Assembly: GCF_001194135.2 (NCBI RefSeq)
Contig: NC_068981.1
Span: forward strand, 120,303,144-120,339,474
From: Octopus bimaculoides
Lineage: Eukaryota
DNA length: 36,331 nucleotides
Reading direction: 5' to 3'
The position numbers and the translations under genes are program-made. Below the pieces are notes generated by a model. It was not told the DNA's origin. It saw only the letters and a program-made list of their open reading frames with translations, and did no database searches. This document shows, one piece after another, positions 33,167 through 36,331 of the stretch (positions are counted from its first letter, which is position 1; the number at the start of each line of letters is the position of its first letter).

Positions 33167-34296
33167 AAGATTACAAAAGGGGCGTACAACGTGGAAGAAA
33201 TCTTTTTTTTTTTTTTTCGGAATCGTTAATTCTGTTGTACGAAGCAGATATTTTCCGTTGCTTACCGACATAATTGTGCCCCATCCACGACTGTTTCCTA
33301 AAAACTTACCAAAAGATATATGTTTTTAATGAAATTTTCTACAAATGCCTTTCAGTTGGTGTAGGTACACCTAATCCGAAACTCCGCCAGTTCAGTGTGG
33401 GAGCATGTCATATCTGCTGCTGCTTTATTGACCATTTTAAGACGTTGGAAATACCTTACACACATAGACAGCACGATCACCAAGTGTGGACCTATTGACC
33501 CTCACCTAGGAGTTCAATTAGCTATTGACTAGACAGCGCGTTTCTCTAAACACATATTGAATAAGTCTACTGTTTGTAAATACTATTAAATACAGTATAC
33601 AAACAGATCTATTTAAAGCTGTACTTATGGGTTGATCCCGTTCCTACTGAGCAAATAAGAAATTAAAACATTGTAATAAAACAAAGCAATAACTTTAATG
33701 AAAACAAACAAATAAAGCAAACTCCTTTATTTGTATTCATTCGTCCAACGACAACAATGGAAGTTACGAAATTGTATTAAGTATATCCTTTCATAAACAA
33801 ACTCTCACTGCAGATAGCTGGAATAAAATAAATCATCACATCCGAAACAATGTAATTGCTTACATTGGATCAGCTTTTTGTTTACCCATCAATACAAGTT
33901 TTAAGCAGAAAACCAAGCCACCTTCTCTACGGTTCTTTCCTACTGCAACAAGTTCTGGCACTGAAGTGAGTCTTAGTAACTAATAATGCAACAAAGAATA
34001 ATATTTACAATACCAGCTACCAACTATTAGCGGAAATCTCTCTTCATTCATATTAAATATTTAATCGATTATAAAATCTCTGCATATAACTGTTGAACGC
34101 AGAAACTGTGCCAGAACATGGAGTTGGCCCCATTACAAATATTTCACAATGGTCAGTTCCTGCCTATTTTACAGGCCAAATCCACTAAATAACAAGTCAA
34201 TCTTTTCTTTCCTTAACTTTCCATCACTTTCGCACTTTAATGTTTTTGATTTATTACCTGACTTGTGCACGAACGTGAGAGAGACCTTATATAAAT

Positions 34297-34328
<32 letters not shown>

Positions 34329-34982
34329 NNNNNNNNNNGGGCTTTTGAAGATTAATGTATGTGTGAACATATGTGGACCGCATGCTATAAATGTTTTTGC
34401 CTTGCTTGTGTGTGCGCGCATTTTCTCGTGTCTATGTATTTGCCTTCATATATATATATATATATATATACATATATATTGTTCAGTTTTATTTCAAGAT
34501 TTCTTGCCAATAGAGAAAGAGCGCGTTTCTAATCTAGATTAACAACAACAGAGTATGTGTGTATGTGCAGATTTCTATGTTTTGTTTTGTGTATTCTCAT
34601 GCATACGGTTACATACCTTGACATGCTCATAGATATTTAGACTAGTAATGCATCCTGGCGTTGCCCAGGTGTTATGACCTACAGCCACGTATTATTTGTT
34701 CCCTTATGGGCAGAATCGACACAGCTGATATATAGTGAATTGATTACTAGCATAATGGAAGTTATTGTTTGTTTAAAGTGAAGGATGGGGCTGTAATTTC
34801 CTTGGGTTTGCATGAAAGTGCTTTCTGTTCTTAAGAAGGATCACAATCTATGTATTTCGTGTGCAAGATACTTGATGTGGATACGTGTGTTGAAAGAAAT
34901 ACAATTAAACCTTGGGAGAGGCATTATGCCGGTAATAAACACACGCACTGGTTCAGTCCTGTATTAATTTATATAGTTTTTT

Positions 34983-35023
34983 GTTAAATTATTTCATTGC
35001 ACTCTTGCAATCTCTTCAGTAAC
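34983..35023 (-). ncRNA. Minimal hammerhead-like motif, probably damaged
   Basis: Minus strand reads GUUA-CUGAAGA-G-AUUGCA-agag-UGCAAU-GAAA-UAAUU-UAAC. Core and stems I/II are present; stem III is too short and C11.1 is missing. Confidence 0.45.
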
Positions 35024-35084
35024 TTGTCTCTCCACTTCCATTTATTTTGAATTTGAAATCAGAATGTAAAGATGGACTAAATGC

Positions 35085-35310
35085 CACTAAGCATTTTGCC
35101 TAGCATGCAAATGATTCTGCAAGCTCACTGCCTTTCAGCTTTACTAAATACTGATTTCAAATTTTGACACAAGTCAAAGCAATTTGGGGGGAGAAGACAA
35201 GTCGATTACATTGACTCCAGTGTTCAACTGGTACTTATTTTATTGACCTCGAACCTTGAAAGGATGAAAGGCAAAGTTGACATTGGTGGAATTTGAGCTC
35301 AGAACATAAG
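35085..35310 (-). mobile_element. SINE (family of 7821-8440), with an internal duplication break
   Basis: gcattttgcctagcatgc..gattctgc head remnant and ctggtacttatttt..gaaaggatgaaaggcaaagttgac central domain. Confidence 0.75.
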
Positions 35311-36288
35311 CTTTACTAAATATTAACACTGGACAAGTATTCCACACACATAAAAATGTATAGTGACACTTTACCCAGTGCAAAATACAGACATAATTAA
35401 AATTATACCACAGTTTTCCTTATTGACATTTAAATACTGTTTTGAAAAGCCTGGTTTTATTATTCTGTGTTGATGAAAATATTTCACTTGTCTTTTGAAA
35501 ACCCAGCAAAGTTCTGTCTCTGTCTTTGTTACCAAACCTCCTAAACTTTGAATTAAATATTTGTCTTACTTATTTGCTGTTCTGCTTGAATGTGCAGATT
35601 TAACATATTTAATGCTAACAAGCTCGTATGTATACACACACGCACAGATACAAATAGACACACAAACACCATCACAAATCTGTCTTGCTGTATGACTGTG
35701 TATGTTTTTCTCTATAGCTGTTTGTCTATCTATCCATATGGATATATATGTTTGTATGCCTATGTGGCCGTATGTATATGTATGTGGACGTGTGTGTATA
35801 TATGTATGCCTGAATAGATATGTGTGTGTGTGTGTGCGCACGCGCTTGCGCAGAACATTTATTTTAACGAGTTGTATTTATCTATCATCTGCACCACCGG
35901 ATGTTCCTGAACCAGTTGTTGAATGTCCCACCCAAGAGGAATCAATGCTAGATGTGTCGAAACAATTGTCGTGATTAACAATAAATTCTCGTATATTCCA
36001 TCTGTCTTTCATTTGCTATATATATATGCATGCATGTATATGTGTACATACATACACACATACATACGTACATATTTGTTAGATAAAATAATTCAAGGAA
36101 ACTGATACTAGTCTGTGTCATTAAGACTTATTGTTTGGAAAAAGTGGCAGAAAGTGTTCATTGAAATTGCTGTAGTGGTTGGAGTATCAAACATGTTAAA
36201 CAGGGTGCTTCTTCAGAGTTCAAATGACAGGAGATGATGAAGAAAACACACACACACACACACTCTAAGACATATGTACATCCATATA

Positions 36289-36331
<43 letters not shown>

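Overview
AT-rich, repeat-saturated metazoan genomic DNA, most likely a coleoid cephalopod (Octopus-like). This is inferred from dense tRNA-derived SINEs, RTE-type LINE tails ending in (GAT)n, and abundant (TA)/(CA)/(GATA) microsatellites. No host protein-coding exon could be identified with confidence; the ORF-track entries are mostly microsatellite or SINE read-throughs or decayed transposon frames. The window is a stack of nested mobile-element fossils: an RTE endonuclease fragment, an RTE RT C-terminus, two different hAT transposase relics, a Penelope-like GIY-YIG relic, a Merlin element with TIRs and an 8-bp TSD, a 1026-bp solo LTR inserted into a SINE (4-bp TSD, TATA/Inr/polyA), mariner and Charlie-like MITEs, and three long foldback elements. 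The most notable signals are (i) a minus-strand hammerhead ribozyme with an intact catalytic core at 5921-6025, plus a second near-intact one at about 35.0 kb; (ii) a foldback MITE whose loop is telomeric (TTAGGG) repeat; and (iii) a sharp CpG-island-like, structured segment at 30.84-31.2 kb next to a strongly CpG-depleted stretch, suggesting a promoter or first exon of an unidentified gene or ncRNA. All coordinates and counts were read by hand and may be off by a few bases.
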